64,000 nt of DNA from Macrostomum lignano (Eukaryota), in the NCBI GenBank assembly GCA_002269645.1, contig NIVC01000990.1, forward strand, positions 310,001-374,000, given 5' to 3'. Shown piece by piece: positions 25,318 through 35,361 of this stretch. Position 1 is the stretch's first letter. Every line of letters begins with the position of its first letter. The notes beneath the pieces are model-generated. The model ran no database searches and had not been told where the DNA came from. It saw only the letters and a list, made by a program, of their open reading frames with translations. The position numbers were made by a program, and so were the translations under genes.

Positions 25318-26208
25318 ATGACCTCTGATCATGCAGCGACTTTGTCTCACAACCAGCACTGAGGCAACTCTGCCCATTCCGCTGGACTCCTAAGGACATA
25401 CAAGCGCGCCGATACTGTACGCAGGCACGCACTCATACACACGCTCACACAGGGTGTACAGCGGCCCTTTGACTTTCTAATCGTCAGGCTTGATGTCCTG
25501 CTGCCCCAGAGTCGTGGCGCCGAGAAAAGGCCTTTAGCAAACAACTTACCAAAGTGCTTTGCAAATCTTCTGATGCTAGGAGTTCCTCTTGAGATTCTCG
25601 ACGGCGACGCTGGAAACATCCCGTCTGCCTGGATCTCTGCTATCCTCAACAGCTGCCAGGAGCTGGTCGGTGACAAGAAGATCTACGTTATCTCCGTGCT
25701 CGGTCTGCAGAGCTCAGGCAAGTCCACTCTGCTCAACACCATGTTCGGACTGAAGTTCGCAGTGAGCGCAGGTCGCTGCACTCGAGGCGCATTTCTGCAG
25801 CTGGTTCCGGTGGAGTCGGGAATGCCGTTCGACTATGTCGCTGTGCTCGACACCGAGGGTCTTAGAGCTCCGGAGCTGGGTCTGGACAAGCATCACCATG
25901 ACAACGAGCTGGCTACACTGGTCCTCGGACTGGGCGACGTGACCATCATCAACATCAAAGGAGAGAACGCTGCGGAGATGAATGAGATTCTGCAGGTTGC
26001 GATTCACGCCTTCATCAGGATGAAAATGGCAAAGAAAGATCGAGATCTGCACAGACACTGCATCTTCATACACCAGAATGTAGCAGCGGCTGGAGCAAAA
26101 GAGATGATGCAGGAAGCGACATTTTGTAACTTTGTAACGCTCTACCTTTTGCTGAATATGCCCGCACTCTTTATAAAGTGTAGTTACAGTTGCAATACCA
26201 TGTTTTAG
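25318..26208 (+). pseudogene. Truncated VLIG GTPase-core copy
   Basis: 25579-26123 matches 30964-31508 colinearly (545 nt, no indels; GLQSSGKST, GRCTRG, DTEGL, FIHQNV), then unrelated sequence to a stop at 26208. Upstream ATG at 25318 is cut by an in-frame TGA at 25360. Confidence 0.85.
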
Positions 26209-26709
26209 TTCTGATGCCAGCTATTGAAAAGTTTATGTATCTGTTTATTTGGTTTTATTTATTTCTTCGTATTCCTTTAATTATGAATTACGTAAGGCAC
26301 AGTGTATAATAGTTTTCTTGAAAGCAGTTTATTCGCTATGGATATAAATTTATCAAAATTTAGGTAACAAAGTCCGTGTTTTAATCGATTTTGATGAACC
26401 GAAACCATCCCAATATACATTTTCCGTTCCAGCTGTTTAATAGCCTGAAACAAGTCAAAACAGACACATGGCGGAGGGGCATCCAAGATGCCCCCGGTGC
26501 AGCGAACCGATTCTCCGTGCTGACGCTCAGAACGCAGCCGGCCTGAGCTGGCACAAACGCTGCCTGCGGTGCGGTAACGGTAAGTGAACCAACGATCGTG
26601 GCAGTCTAACCAGTTACGAGCTAGCTTTCATATCATACCGCACACTTTTGCTTACACCTGCATATTCAATGCGCGGCACTTTATAAAAATTCTGAATCTG
26701 TAAGAGATC

Positions 26710-28460
26710 ATTGTTTTTGTTTTTTACATTTGGATAGTTACTGACTTCGTAGTTACGAGGCCCCTATCGCAACCCCAAGGTAAAGGGTGCACTCAGCCCC
26801 CGCCAGTAGTCGGCATGTTCGCTGAGGGGGCATCGGCGATATTCATCGAGTCGGTATCTTGAACGAAGACGAAGAGATCACGGATGTCGACCAGCAAGAT
26901 TGTCAGCTCGTCCATCCACTGGAGTTTGTCGAGGTGTTTGTACCGCGCCTTATTGAAGTAAGGACAGAAGGTGACGTGATGCTCCGCGGTCTCCTCTTCT
27001 ATGCCACAAAAGACGGTCGGTCTATGCCTTGAGGTCGGTTCTGCTAAGTGAGATCAGATAATCTGCAGAGACTTTCCTGTTCTGGTTAGGCATTGTAGAC
27101 CGGGTCTGCCTGTAGTCGGTGCAACTGTTCCAGTGGAGTTTGTGTTGCTGGTGGAGCCACCTGGATTTGTGGCCTAGGCTGGGTAGCCTCATCCGATGGT
27201 GGTTGCAGTCTTGGTTGCTGCCCTCTTTGGTGAGAGCATCTGCGAGCTCGTTGCCCAGGATATTGTTGTGACCGGATGTCCAGATGGTACTCGTACTGCA
27301 GACTGGCTTTAGTAGAGGTGAGAGAAGGCTTGACCACTACACAGCTTTGAGTGTCAATATATATTTAGTGATCAATATTTGTGTGGGGTGGGCTTGCGCC
27401 GCGCGGGGGGCGGCGGGAAGTCAGCTGTCGGCAGGCGCTTGAGGTTCATGATGCGGCGCATACCTGCACCTACCGCTGGAACATCAGCTCTGCAGAGGCC
27501 CTCCAGTGTTTGTGTGCGGCGTGCTACGGTAGGCCTCCAGCCAGTTTTAGAGTTGAACCAGTCGGATTTCTCAATGCTCGCGATGCTTTTTGATGGATGG
27601 TTGATGCGCTCGATGACTCAATTTGCTGCTGGCTGCTGGTGATGGGCGCTTTTGTTGCAGAGGAAGTCGTGGTAGGCTTGCGAGCTGAACGGAGGCCCGT
27701 TGTCTGAGACGAGCTGCGCTGGTCTGCCGAACGTGGAGAATAGCTTCCTTCCGTAGCTGCTTTGTGACGGCCTCGGCTGTCATGGACGACATGCGTACTA
27801 CTATCTGGTAGCGGGAGAAATGGCGAGTAGATGCTTGTTTTGCACTGACCTAGTGAAGTAGGTTGTTTTTTATGAGGGCGATGGCCCTGGGGGTGTCGTT
27901 CACACAATGATACAGAGCCTGATAGCCTGGAGGCTTTCCCTTGGGGTTGTACCGCTCCTGGATGAGGTAGATGTCAACATCATTGTTGCCAAAGGTGTCT
28001 GAAAGGTTTCTAGAAGCTGCGAAAGCGAGGTTCAGGTTGATCTGAATAATGTACAGGTAAACTGGTTACTTCGTCGCAGGCGGTTTATTTATCTGGTTGC
28101 GTGTGGCAGTGTCACCATTCGGCTGGCCTGCCCCTAGCTTGGCACAAGGTTTGGAACGGCATGACTCGTCCCCAGAGCGATCCGATCTCGCAAACTCCCC
28201 TCGGCGACGATCTCCGGCTGGGCGACGCCTGGGCAGCAGTTGAAAGACAATGCCGGTGTAGGCAGCAAAATCGCTTTTCTTCAGAGCGTCTTCCCACCCG
28301 CGGAGAAACTCTTGTACAGGCCAGGGTTTTGCCAGGGCATCTTTTGACTGAATCTACTGAATTCTGTCCTAAGAGGTAGGTCGGGGTTCTTGCTGAGGAG
28401 CAGAGCTCGGGTCGCCCCGATGTTTCTTGAGCCACGAGGCTCAACGAGTCAACGTTGAGA
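26710..28460 (-). mobile_element. Degenerate, internally deleted non-LTR retrotransposon (R1/I-like, RNase H-bearing) with an embedded Gypsy integrase segment
   Basis: Minus strand order: ORF1-like end; APE start [34 protein letters not shown] (about 28060-27850); integrase (see next feature); RNase [22 protein letters not shown]; zinc knuckle CGIEEETAEHHVTFCP; A-rich tail at about 26710-26725. Stops and frameshifts present; no RT motifs seen. Confidence 0.8.
27400..27850 (-). mobile_element. Gypsy/Ty3 integrase core fragment (frameshifted)
   Basis: HFSRYQIVVRMSSMTAEAVTKQLRK / LFSTFGRPAQLVSDNGPPFSSQAYHDFL / VIERIN / LEAYRSTPHTNTG / AELMFQR across frameshifts. Confidence 0.85.
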
Positions 28461-28513
28461 GGGGCGACTTTATTATCATTAAATATAGTTAATTTAATTT
28501 AATTCAAGTCGCT

Positions 28514-28643
28514 TTCTGGGAATGAAACTTAGCGACTATCTGTAGAAAGTAAAAAGTGAAAATTGCTTGAAAATTTCCACGAGTACTGTATGTTCTCAAG
28601 AAATACAATTAGAAAACAACTGCGTGAATACCTTTTCTGAGAA
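28514..28643. promoter_or_regulatory. Cluster of STAT-, IRF- and Rel/kB-like motifs upstream of VLIG (putative)
   Basis: TTCTGGGAA 28514-28522, AAAAGTGAAA about 28552-28561, GAAAATTTCC 28569-28578, TTCTCAAGAA 28593-28602, TTCTGAGAA 28635-28643. Confidence 0.35.
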
Positions 28644-28731
28644 TATACGCTCGTATCAGCGTATTTACTGCACGACTTGTGCAGAATAGATTCTTAAATT
28701 TTATACAGCATGCAAGAGACAGATATTTCCA

Positions 28732-31700
28732 TTGACAATTTTAGATGCAGAAGTCCGTCTATCAAGTGCTGCATTGAAGGCCAAGGAAATGCTTTCGGAA
28801 AAGCATCCTGAATATGCATCCACTGCGTTTCTATACGTTATAGAGTCGTATTTAAGAAAGAAAAATATTGTTACATTGGACTCATTAGAAGCCATCGACT
28901 ATGAGCTGATTAGGAAGCTCGCTGGAGATGAGGAAAGCAACCAAGTCTTGACGGATCTCTTTACTAAGCTGCATAAAATTATTAGGCCAACCAGTTCTGT
29001 CGCAGACAGAAAGAAAATGTTTGAGGCAATGACGCAACAAAATTCAAAGAAGCGATTCAGCACAATAAAGCAATCTGTTCCGGTACAGAAAGAGTTGGGT
29101 ACATCGTCGACTACTCAACAATCGCTACCGCTATCCCCAAGGCCAGTGTCGAAGCTTGAACTTCCAGCGCCACCTGTTCCTACTCCTCCAAAAAGACAAG
29201 GCTCGATGCCAAATCGACCAAATGTCAACCCGCAGCCAACAACACCACGAGTTGCAGAACCGAGAAAGCCAATGAATTTTGGATCAGTTCAAGAAACTGT
29301 TGAACATCTCGGGTTGAAGTCTTATTATCCAGAGAGAATCTCGCGCAAGGATATTCTTTTCGTCAGGAGAAGCCAAGACGAGCGCAGAAATTTGAAGGAA
29401 AATTCTGTTGCCTGGCAAGTCATCCGCGCACTCATCAGCTGCGACGCACAGGGGAGAAATTTGGTTCCAGAGACGACGGCACCGGCTTTACCGAAAAAAA
29501 TGTCACTTTTAAACCTCGAGGACGATGATGAAGGCAGCTCTGAGAATGAGCTAAACCCGATGGATATTTTACTTGCGAGCTACCTCTGCTGTGACAAAGA
29601 GGTGCAACAGATGCTCTGCAAAGCTCTGTTTGCTTGCAAGCTGGCTTTCCCATTCATCTATTCAACTGTTGGCAAGCCTCTGGTCATGAGCAGCTGGAGC
29701 CTGAAAGACATTGTAGTTCAGTTCATAAACGAAAATGGCCAGTACATAGAGACCAGCCTGATGACAGATTATCATTTCCCGGTGGTATCATTTGTGAGGA
29801 TCGGAGATTTGCCTGTGTCGAAGTCCAAGTTGCTGAACTCCCTACTCAATGGCAGCAGTCATGAGACGTTCTTCCACAGAGACTGCACCAACGGCCACGC
29901 GCGCAGAGTCTGCAGCAACGGACTCGTTGAGGCCACCGTGTTTCTGCCGTCCAGAAACAATAAACTGACTCGAGCCTTCTTGGCAACAAACCTCAGAGGT
30001 GACTTGCTGGATTTTCGAGACAAATATCAGGTTTTAACTTCGGCCTCCAAAGTTTTAGTTGTCTTTGTGGACGTCAGCACCCTTTCACAGCCCGAGTGCT
30101 TTAGCCAGCTTCAAAGCATGTCAAAAATGAAGGAATTGGAAGTGATAGTGGTTCTCTACAAAACTCAAACACTCGCGAATCCGTTAAGTAGCGAGTCGAT
30201 GAGCATCCTTAAATCATTTTCATGCGTTGATACAAAGAAAGGAAGACCAGAGCGTGAAATAGTTGGCGAAATCCAACAAAGGCTCTCAGAGTCATTGGCA
30301 AAGGACGGTATGGAGCAGAAATCTATCGGAGAAATCAAAGTTGACTTTGATGACGGTTCTCTCGTTTCTCAGGCAAGACAGCTTTGCAGCTTCATCTTTG
30401 CAGAGGTAACGAAATGCGGAATCATGAACTTAAAGAAGAAGCATCTTCCTCTGCAAGAAAAATGGATGGACTACAGTCGCCACTACAAAAAAGAAAACTC
30501 TTCTAAGGCAACAGATGAAGCAAAGTTAGAAGCTCAGCATCAGCGTTTTAAAGCCAGACGCCAGCAAATGGGTCTGTGCGATCAACTCAGCCCCATTATG
30601 GAGGAGTTTCTTACCACACTGACAAAGATTGCTGACAATGAGCTTCTGGTTAAGCTTTGGCTTCAGTGTATTCGATCTTTCTTCGACACTTCTAGAGAGC
30701 ATTTGCCAAAGCTTCAAAAAATGCAGAAGGAATTGCGGCAGCAAAAAGAAACTGCAGATGAATCATCCCCAACCACGATAGATGATCAGCTCAAAGAACT
30801 TGGCCATCAAATACTGCTTGCTTCCATTGGCCTGGAAAACCTATTCAGAGAGGCGGGCCAAGTCTACGAGGCCAGTTCAGCAGCCTCTTTAGAAAGCACA
30901 AAGACTTTCCAAGCGCTTGACATCAATCTGTTTCCACGCGTGATGGCCAAACTCTTGCTGTGCGGAGTTCCTCTTGAGATTCTCGACGGCGACGCTGGAA
31001 ACATCCCGTCTGCCTGGATCTCTGCTATCCTCAAGAGCTGCCAGGAGCTGGTCGGCGACAAGAAGATTTACGTGATCTCCGTGCTCGGTCTGCAGAGCTC
31101 AGGCAAGTCCACTCTGCTCAACACCATGTTCGGACTGAAGTTCGCAGTGAGCGCAAGTCGCTGCACTCGAGGAGCATTTCTGCAGCTGGTTCCGGTGGAG
31201 TCAGCAATGCCGTTCGACTATGTCGCTGTGCTCGACACCGAGGGCCTGAGAGCTCCGGAGTTGGGTCTAGAAAAGTATCACCATGACAACGAGCTGGCTA
31301 CATTGGTCCTTGGACTTGGCGACGTGACCATCATCAACATCAAAGGAGAGAACGCTGCGGAGATGAATGAGATTCTGCAGATTGCGATTCACGCCTTCAT
31401 CAGGATGAAGATGGGAAACAAAGATCGAGATCTGCACCGACATTGCATCTTCATACACCAGAATGTAGCAGCGGCTGGAGCAAAAGAGATGGTGCAGGAA
31501 GCGACATTCAAGATACAACAGAAACTCGACAACATGGCGAAGGAGGCGGCTGAAGAAGAAGGTCTCCATGACGTGAATCGTTTCGGAGACATTTTGCAGT
31601 TCAACAGAGACACGGATATTTTCTTTATGTCAGATCTGTTACAAGGCGACCCTCCCATGGCTCCAGTGAATCCGGGCTACTCCATGGGTGTTCAAGAGGT

Positions 31701-34035
31701 TAAGCAGCACCTTTTACATATTCTTGATGAAGAACAGAAGCGCTATCTGGGATTCAGCGACTTTTCTCATCGAGTAAATGATTTGTGGAAGGCCATACTG
31801 TCTGAGGACTTTGTGTTTAGCTTTAAAAGCAGTGTCGAACTCAAAGCTTATAACATGATGGAGAATAAATTTCTCGAAGTAAAAAATCACATTGAAGAGT
31901 TGAGCGAAGACTGGCTTCATAGATCGGCTGCGATTCCCGTTAGAAAATGCGAAATGGTCAGTGCTGTCGCAGATGCGCAGCAGAGGGCGATAAGTGAGCT
32001 TCGTGCTATGCTTGAAACTTGGCAGCAGCAAGGTCTGAATTCCTTAAACCTATTTTTGGATAAGAACCAGTACAGTGAGTACACCATACAATGGAAGGAG
32101 CGAAAGTTAGTGTCCCTAAGGGATTGCATCAAAAGTCTAGAACAGTCACTTCGGCAGAAACTCCAATTCTTGTGCGATGGGCAAAAAGTTGAGCTTCAGC
32201 AAGGTTCACGGACGGAGGAGTGGGAGTCTAAGATCATAAGACGGGCCACCGAACTTGCACCCACGCTAAAGAGCAGCTCAACAGAAAAAATTCTGCAGGA
32301 ATTCGAAGCTCTGTGGCAGGAGTTCGCGCAGCAGCTGCCACCTGAGAGAACAGTCGACTTCGGAAGTATCGAAAGTCAAGTGGTAGATCAACTGCGAGAG
32401 ATCTACTATAATGAAAAAAATTATGTGGGCCTATTTTTGGAGCAAATTCCATTAAAGAGACAATCAGTGGCTCGAAGTGATAGCTTACCTGAAATACTGT
32501 TTCCTAAAGGAGACACTGTTCAGCTCATCATACCAGAACGTTCGAATATCAAACAATTAAAAAGTTATGTTTCCAGTAAGCCAGAGAAAGAAGAGCGCAA
32601 TCTAGTGGTAGACGTTGTATCTGACATTCTCAAGGCAGTTCAAAGTCTTTGTGAGGATATGAGGGGGGACTTGACAGGAGTTTCTAAGGTTCATGTTAAT
32701 CGAATACAAAAATACGTGTGTGATGCAGTAAACTCGTCTATCAGAATATCGAGCAATCATATCCGCACAACGCGTGCATTCGAAATCAAGGTAGTGGTCC
32801 TCGCCCTCAGCATTGCATATCCAACATTTGAGCAGATGACGCGGAATTTTTACGAAGCCAACAGCATCAAAACAAAGCTGGCCGATACGAAGACAAAGAT
32901 GTTGAATTTATTTGAAAACATTGTCCGCCGGCAGGCCGAAGCCAAGATTGTGGCTGATTTCATTCGTGACCATCTGTACTCGGTGATGAAACAGGCTTTC
33001 CAGGAAAGAATGGCAGGTAAATTGAGAGGAGTAATGCGGAACGAGATCGGCAGGACAAAGTACCAGCTCATTGTTCGCATGCTGACCGACATAGCACAGA
33101 GACGTGACGCAGAATCGATCCTTCAATACGTGAGAGATTCCCATACTACTGCTCTGAAATGGCTAACGCAATTCATAAACCGTCAGCTGTTTCAGAGAAC
33201 ACCAGATGGCAATACTGTATTTTCAGGCCATCTCGAGTCATCGCTCATTGCGCCGATAATTGCGGTGACTGAAGAAGCGGCAAGAGTGGCGGCAACTCGG
33301 TGCACCTCGCTGAAAGTTTGGATCGATGAATTCTGTAAAGAAATCAAAAAAGAGTTCGTTGTGCTTCCTAGACACTTACAGCATGTCTGCACTTACGAAT
33401 CTACTGTAAAAGTGGAAGACATGCTGAAGCATCTTTTAGGCGGCCTGGGCGACCTCAAGTCCACACTAATAAAGCACTTCGCTAGTATGAACGAGTCAAC
33501 AGTCAGATGGCATGGAGACTCCACTCTCTACTCCGATGTGCTTCAGAGCCTTTGGGGCTGCAACGAACGCTGCCCTTTCTGTAGCGAGCCGTGCTGCAAG
33601 TCTCAGGAAAATCACCACGAAAAAGACGGCAGCCCACATTGCTGCATTCAGCACAGACCGCATGGAGTGAATGGTGTTTGTTATATTGGAACTGACCAGT
33701 TAAAATTTGAAAACTGCGAATGTCTTACATGTAGCGGTGACAGATTTTCATGTTGGATTTGCAAGCGAAGGGGTAAGCAGACGCCAAACTGTCGAGGAGA
33801 CGACAGCGAACAAGAAGTGTATCACCCTTACAAAGAGTACAAAAAGTACTTTCCAGAGTGGGAGATTGATCCCGACGCAGGAAACGATTCGGCAAAGTTT
33901 TGGCACTGGTTCTCGTGGACATTTAAGGACAAGCTGCAGGCTAAGTATCAAAAAGGAATCGAACAGTTGCCTCCGACCTGGGAACTGGTTTCCAAGAAGG
34001 AGGCGATCGACAGCCTGCGCTTCTTGTTGGATTGA
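28732..34035 (+). CDS. Very large inducible GTPase (VLIG/GVIN1/URGCP family), intronless, 1767 codons (first ATG at 28789)
   Basis: URGCP-like N-region (NPMDILLASYLCCD...LFACKLAFP, FFHRDC), GVPLEILDGD, P-loop GLQSSGKSTLLNTMFGLKFAVS, DTEGLRAPEL, HDNELATLVLGLGD, C-terminal CNERCPFCSEPC...H...HRP Cys/His cluster. Confidence 0.93.
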   Translation: MTILDAEVRLSSAALKAKEMLSEKHPEYASTAFLYVIESYLRKKNIVTLDSLEAIDYELIRKLAGDEESNQVLTDLFTKLHKIIRPTSSVADRKKMFEAMTQQNSKKRFSTIKQSVPVQKELGTSSTTQQSLPLSPRPVSKLELPAPPVPTPPKRQGSMPNRPNVNPQPTTPRVAEPRKPMNFGSVQETVEHLGLKSYYPERISRKDILFVRRSQDERRNLKENSVAWQVIRALISCDAQGRNLVPETTAPALPKKMSLLNLEDDDEGSSENELNPMDILLASYLCCDKEVQQMLCKALFACKLAFPFIYSTVGKPLVMSSWSLKDIVVQFINENGQYIETSLMTDYHFPVVSFVRIGDLPVSKSKLLNSLLNGSSHETFFHRDCTNGHARRVCSNGLVEATVFLPSRNNKLTRAFLATNLRGDLLDFRDKYQVLTSASKVLVVFVDVSTLSQPECFSQLQSMSKMKELEVIVVLYKTQTLANPLSSESMSILKSFSCVDTKKGRPEREIVGEIQQRLSESLAKDGMEQKSIGEIKVDFDDGSLVSQARQLCSFIFAEVTKCGIMNLKKKHLPLQEKWMDYSRHYKKENSSKATDEAKLEAQHQRFKARRQQMGLCDQLSPIMEEFLTTLTKIADNELLVKLWLQCIRSFFDTSREHLPKLQKMQKELRQQKETADESSPTTIDDQLKELGHQILLASIGLENLFREAGQVYEASSAASLESTKTFQALDINLFPRVMAKLLLCGVPLEILDGDAGNIPSAWISAILKSCQELVGDKKIYVISVLGLQSSGKSTLLNTMFGLKFAVSASRCTRGAFLQLVPVESAMPFDYVAVLDTEGLRAPELGLEKYHHDNELATLVLGLGDVTIINIKGENAAEMNEILQIAIHAFIRMKMGNKDRDLHRHCIFIHQNVAAAGAKEMVQEATFKIQQKLDNMAKEAAEEEGLHDVNRFGDILQFNRDTDIFFMSDLLQGDPPMAPVNPGYSMGVQEVKQHLLHILDEEQKRYLGFSDFSHRVNDLWKAILSEDFVFSFKSSVELKAYNMMENKFLEVKNHIEELSEDWLHRSAAIPVRKCEMVSAVADAQQRAISELRAMLETWQQQGLNSLNLFLDKNQYSEYTIQWKERKLVSLRDCIKSLEQSLRQKLQFLCDGQKVELQQGSRTEEWESKIIRRATELAPTLKSSSTEKILQEFEALWQEFAQQLPPERTVDFGSIESQVVDQLREIYYNEKNYVGLFLEQIPLKRQSVARSDSLPEILFPKGDTVQLIIPERSNIKQLKSYVSSKPEKEERNLVVDVVSDILKAVQSLCEDMRGDLTGVSKVHVNRIQKYVCDAVNSSIRISSNHIRTTRAFEIKVVVLALSIAYPTFEQMTRNFYEANSIKTKLADTKTKMLNLFENIVRRQAEAKIVADFIRDHLYSVMKQAFQERMAGKLRGVMRNEIGRTKYQLIVRMLTDIAQRRDAESILQYVRDSHTTALKWLTQFINRQLFQRTPDGNTVFSGHLESSLIAPIIAVTEEAARVAATRCTSLKVWIDEFCKEIKKEFVVLPRHLQHVCTYESTVKVEDMLKHLLGGLGDLKSTLIKHFASMNESTVRWHGDSTLYSDVLQSLWGCNERCPFCSEPCCKSQENHHEKDGSPHCCIQHRPHGVNGVCYIGTDQLKFENCECLTCSGDRFSCWICKRRGKQTPNCRGDDSEQEVYHPYKEYKKYFPEWEIDPDAGNDSAKFWHWFSWTFKDKLQAKYQKGIEQLPPTWELVSKKEAIDSLRFLLD

Positions 34036-34737
34036 GTCGCTCGTTACTTGCATTGGTCCTGAAGGCAGGAACTGTGTTTAAATGCACGCTTATCTATTGG
34101 AGCTAAAACTCGTAAATATTCAGTTTGTGCAAGTGTGCCTGTGTGTGTACAGTATTATTTTTTAGTGTGCGCGGTACAGCAAGAAATTTTGTTTATATAA
34201 ATTTGATTTTTCTTTCACGATCAGCACATAGTGAGGAAATACGAAAATGTTCAGCAAGATTCCATGCACGTGTAAGCTGGGAAGGATTTCTCAAACTCAT
34301 GCAACTATTTGTTAAGAGTTTGGGCACGGACTTAGGATTGGTATATTTTTATAGCTAGCTATAGCAAGGCTGCTTTCGAGGGTGGATCGGAGCACTATAT
34401 TTTGAAATTCCCTCTTAAACTTCGGTATATGTATAGCAAGCAGATCATGCATCAAGGGAGATTTCATAAATCCTTCGTTTAGGTAATTGCGATTGCATTG
34501 CAGTAGTACAAGCTGTAAACTGTTGTTTGCAAGCGCTAAACTTAACAACCGCTAAACCTTTGCAGTTGATAGATACTTTGTTGCAATGTTTCCATTAAGC
34601 ATGAATGATAGCTAGCTATTTCTAAAAAAAATGTTTTCGCCTTTCGTGTTCAGCTTTCCGACAAAATTTTTCTTTGTTTCTGCAAATTTAAAATTTTAAT
34701 GTCCAGTTCATAATGTCGATCGTCGATCGGCGAGTTT

Positions 34738-35361
34738 ATGCTGCTAGAGTACCGGCACCGCTACTTTAATCAGCGGCCCTTCCGGTACTCCAATGTGCCA
34801 ATTGGTGTCTTTACGACCACGCAGGCCCGGCTGCGCCTGTACGAGGCATTGGAGGGGCTCGGCGAACGGGCCATTTACTGCGACACTGACTCGTAAGTAT
34901 TGCATTGATAAATTCTTTTAGAATTGAATAGTTGGCATGTGGAACTAATTATCTCTCTCCCCACACCCAGGGTCGTTTACCGGCATTCCGAGGGCCAATG
35001 GGAGCCGCCCCATGGCACGAGCCTCGGAATGTGGACCGACGAGGTGCCCGCAGGCAGCCGGATGACCGACTTTGTAAGTGGGGGGCCCAAACTCTACACT
35101 TACATTGTCGAGGATGCGGCCGGTGTCCGGAGCCAGGTCCTGAAATGCAAGGGCATCCGCCTGACTCCGGAGATTCGGGAGCGCAGTGACGACTTGCGCA
35201 ATGCCCTGTTACACGGCGGCTCCCTGAAACTGCCGCAGTTTCAGTTCAGGCGCGACAAGGCGTCTTGTACCATACACACGATCAATATGGACAAGACGTT
35301 TCAGCGCGTCCTGACGAAGCGCGTGTACGGGGCCTGCAGCCGGCCTTATGGCTATAAATAA
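34738..35361 (+). mobile_element. C-terminal fragment of a protein-primed family B DNA polymerase (Polinton/Maverick type); exons 34738-34892 and 34971-35361
   Basis: NVPIGVFTTTQARLRLYEALEGLGERAIYCDTDS|VVY...GTSLGMWTDE...DFVSGGPKLYTY...KCKGI...RPYGY. A 78-nt GTAAGT...CTAAT...CCCAG intron with an in-frame TAA interrupts it; upstream polymerase motifs not found. Confidence 0.88.

Noticed and set aside
25360-25362. In-frame TGA as selenocysteine or programmed readthrough
   Set aside because: Context is TGA-G, no SECIS recognised, and the downstream ORF is truncated; a nonsense mutation is simpler.
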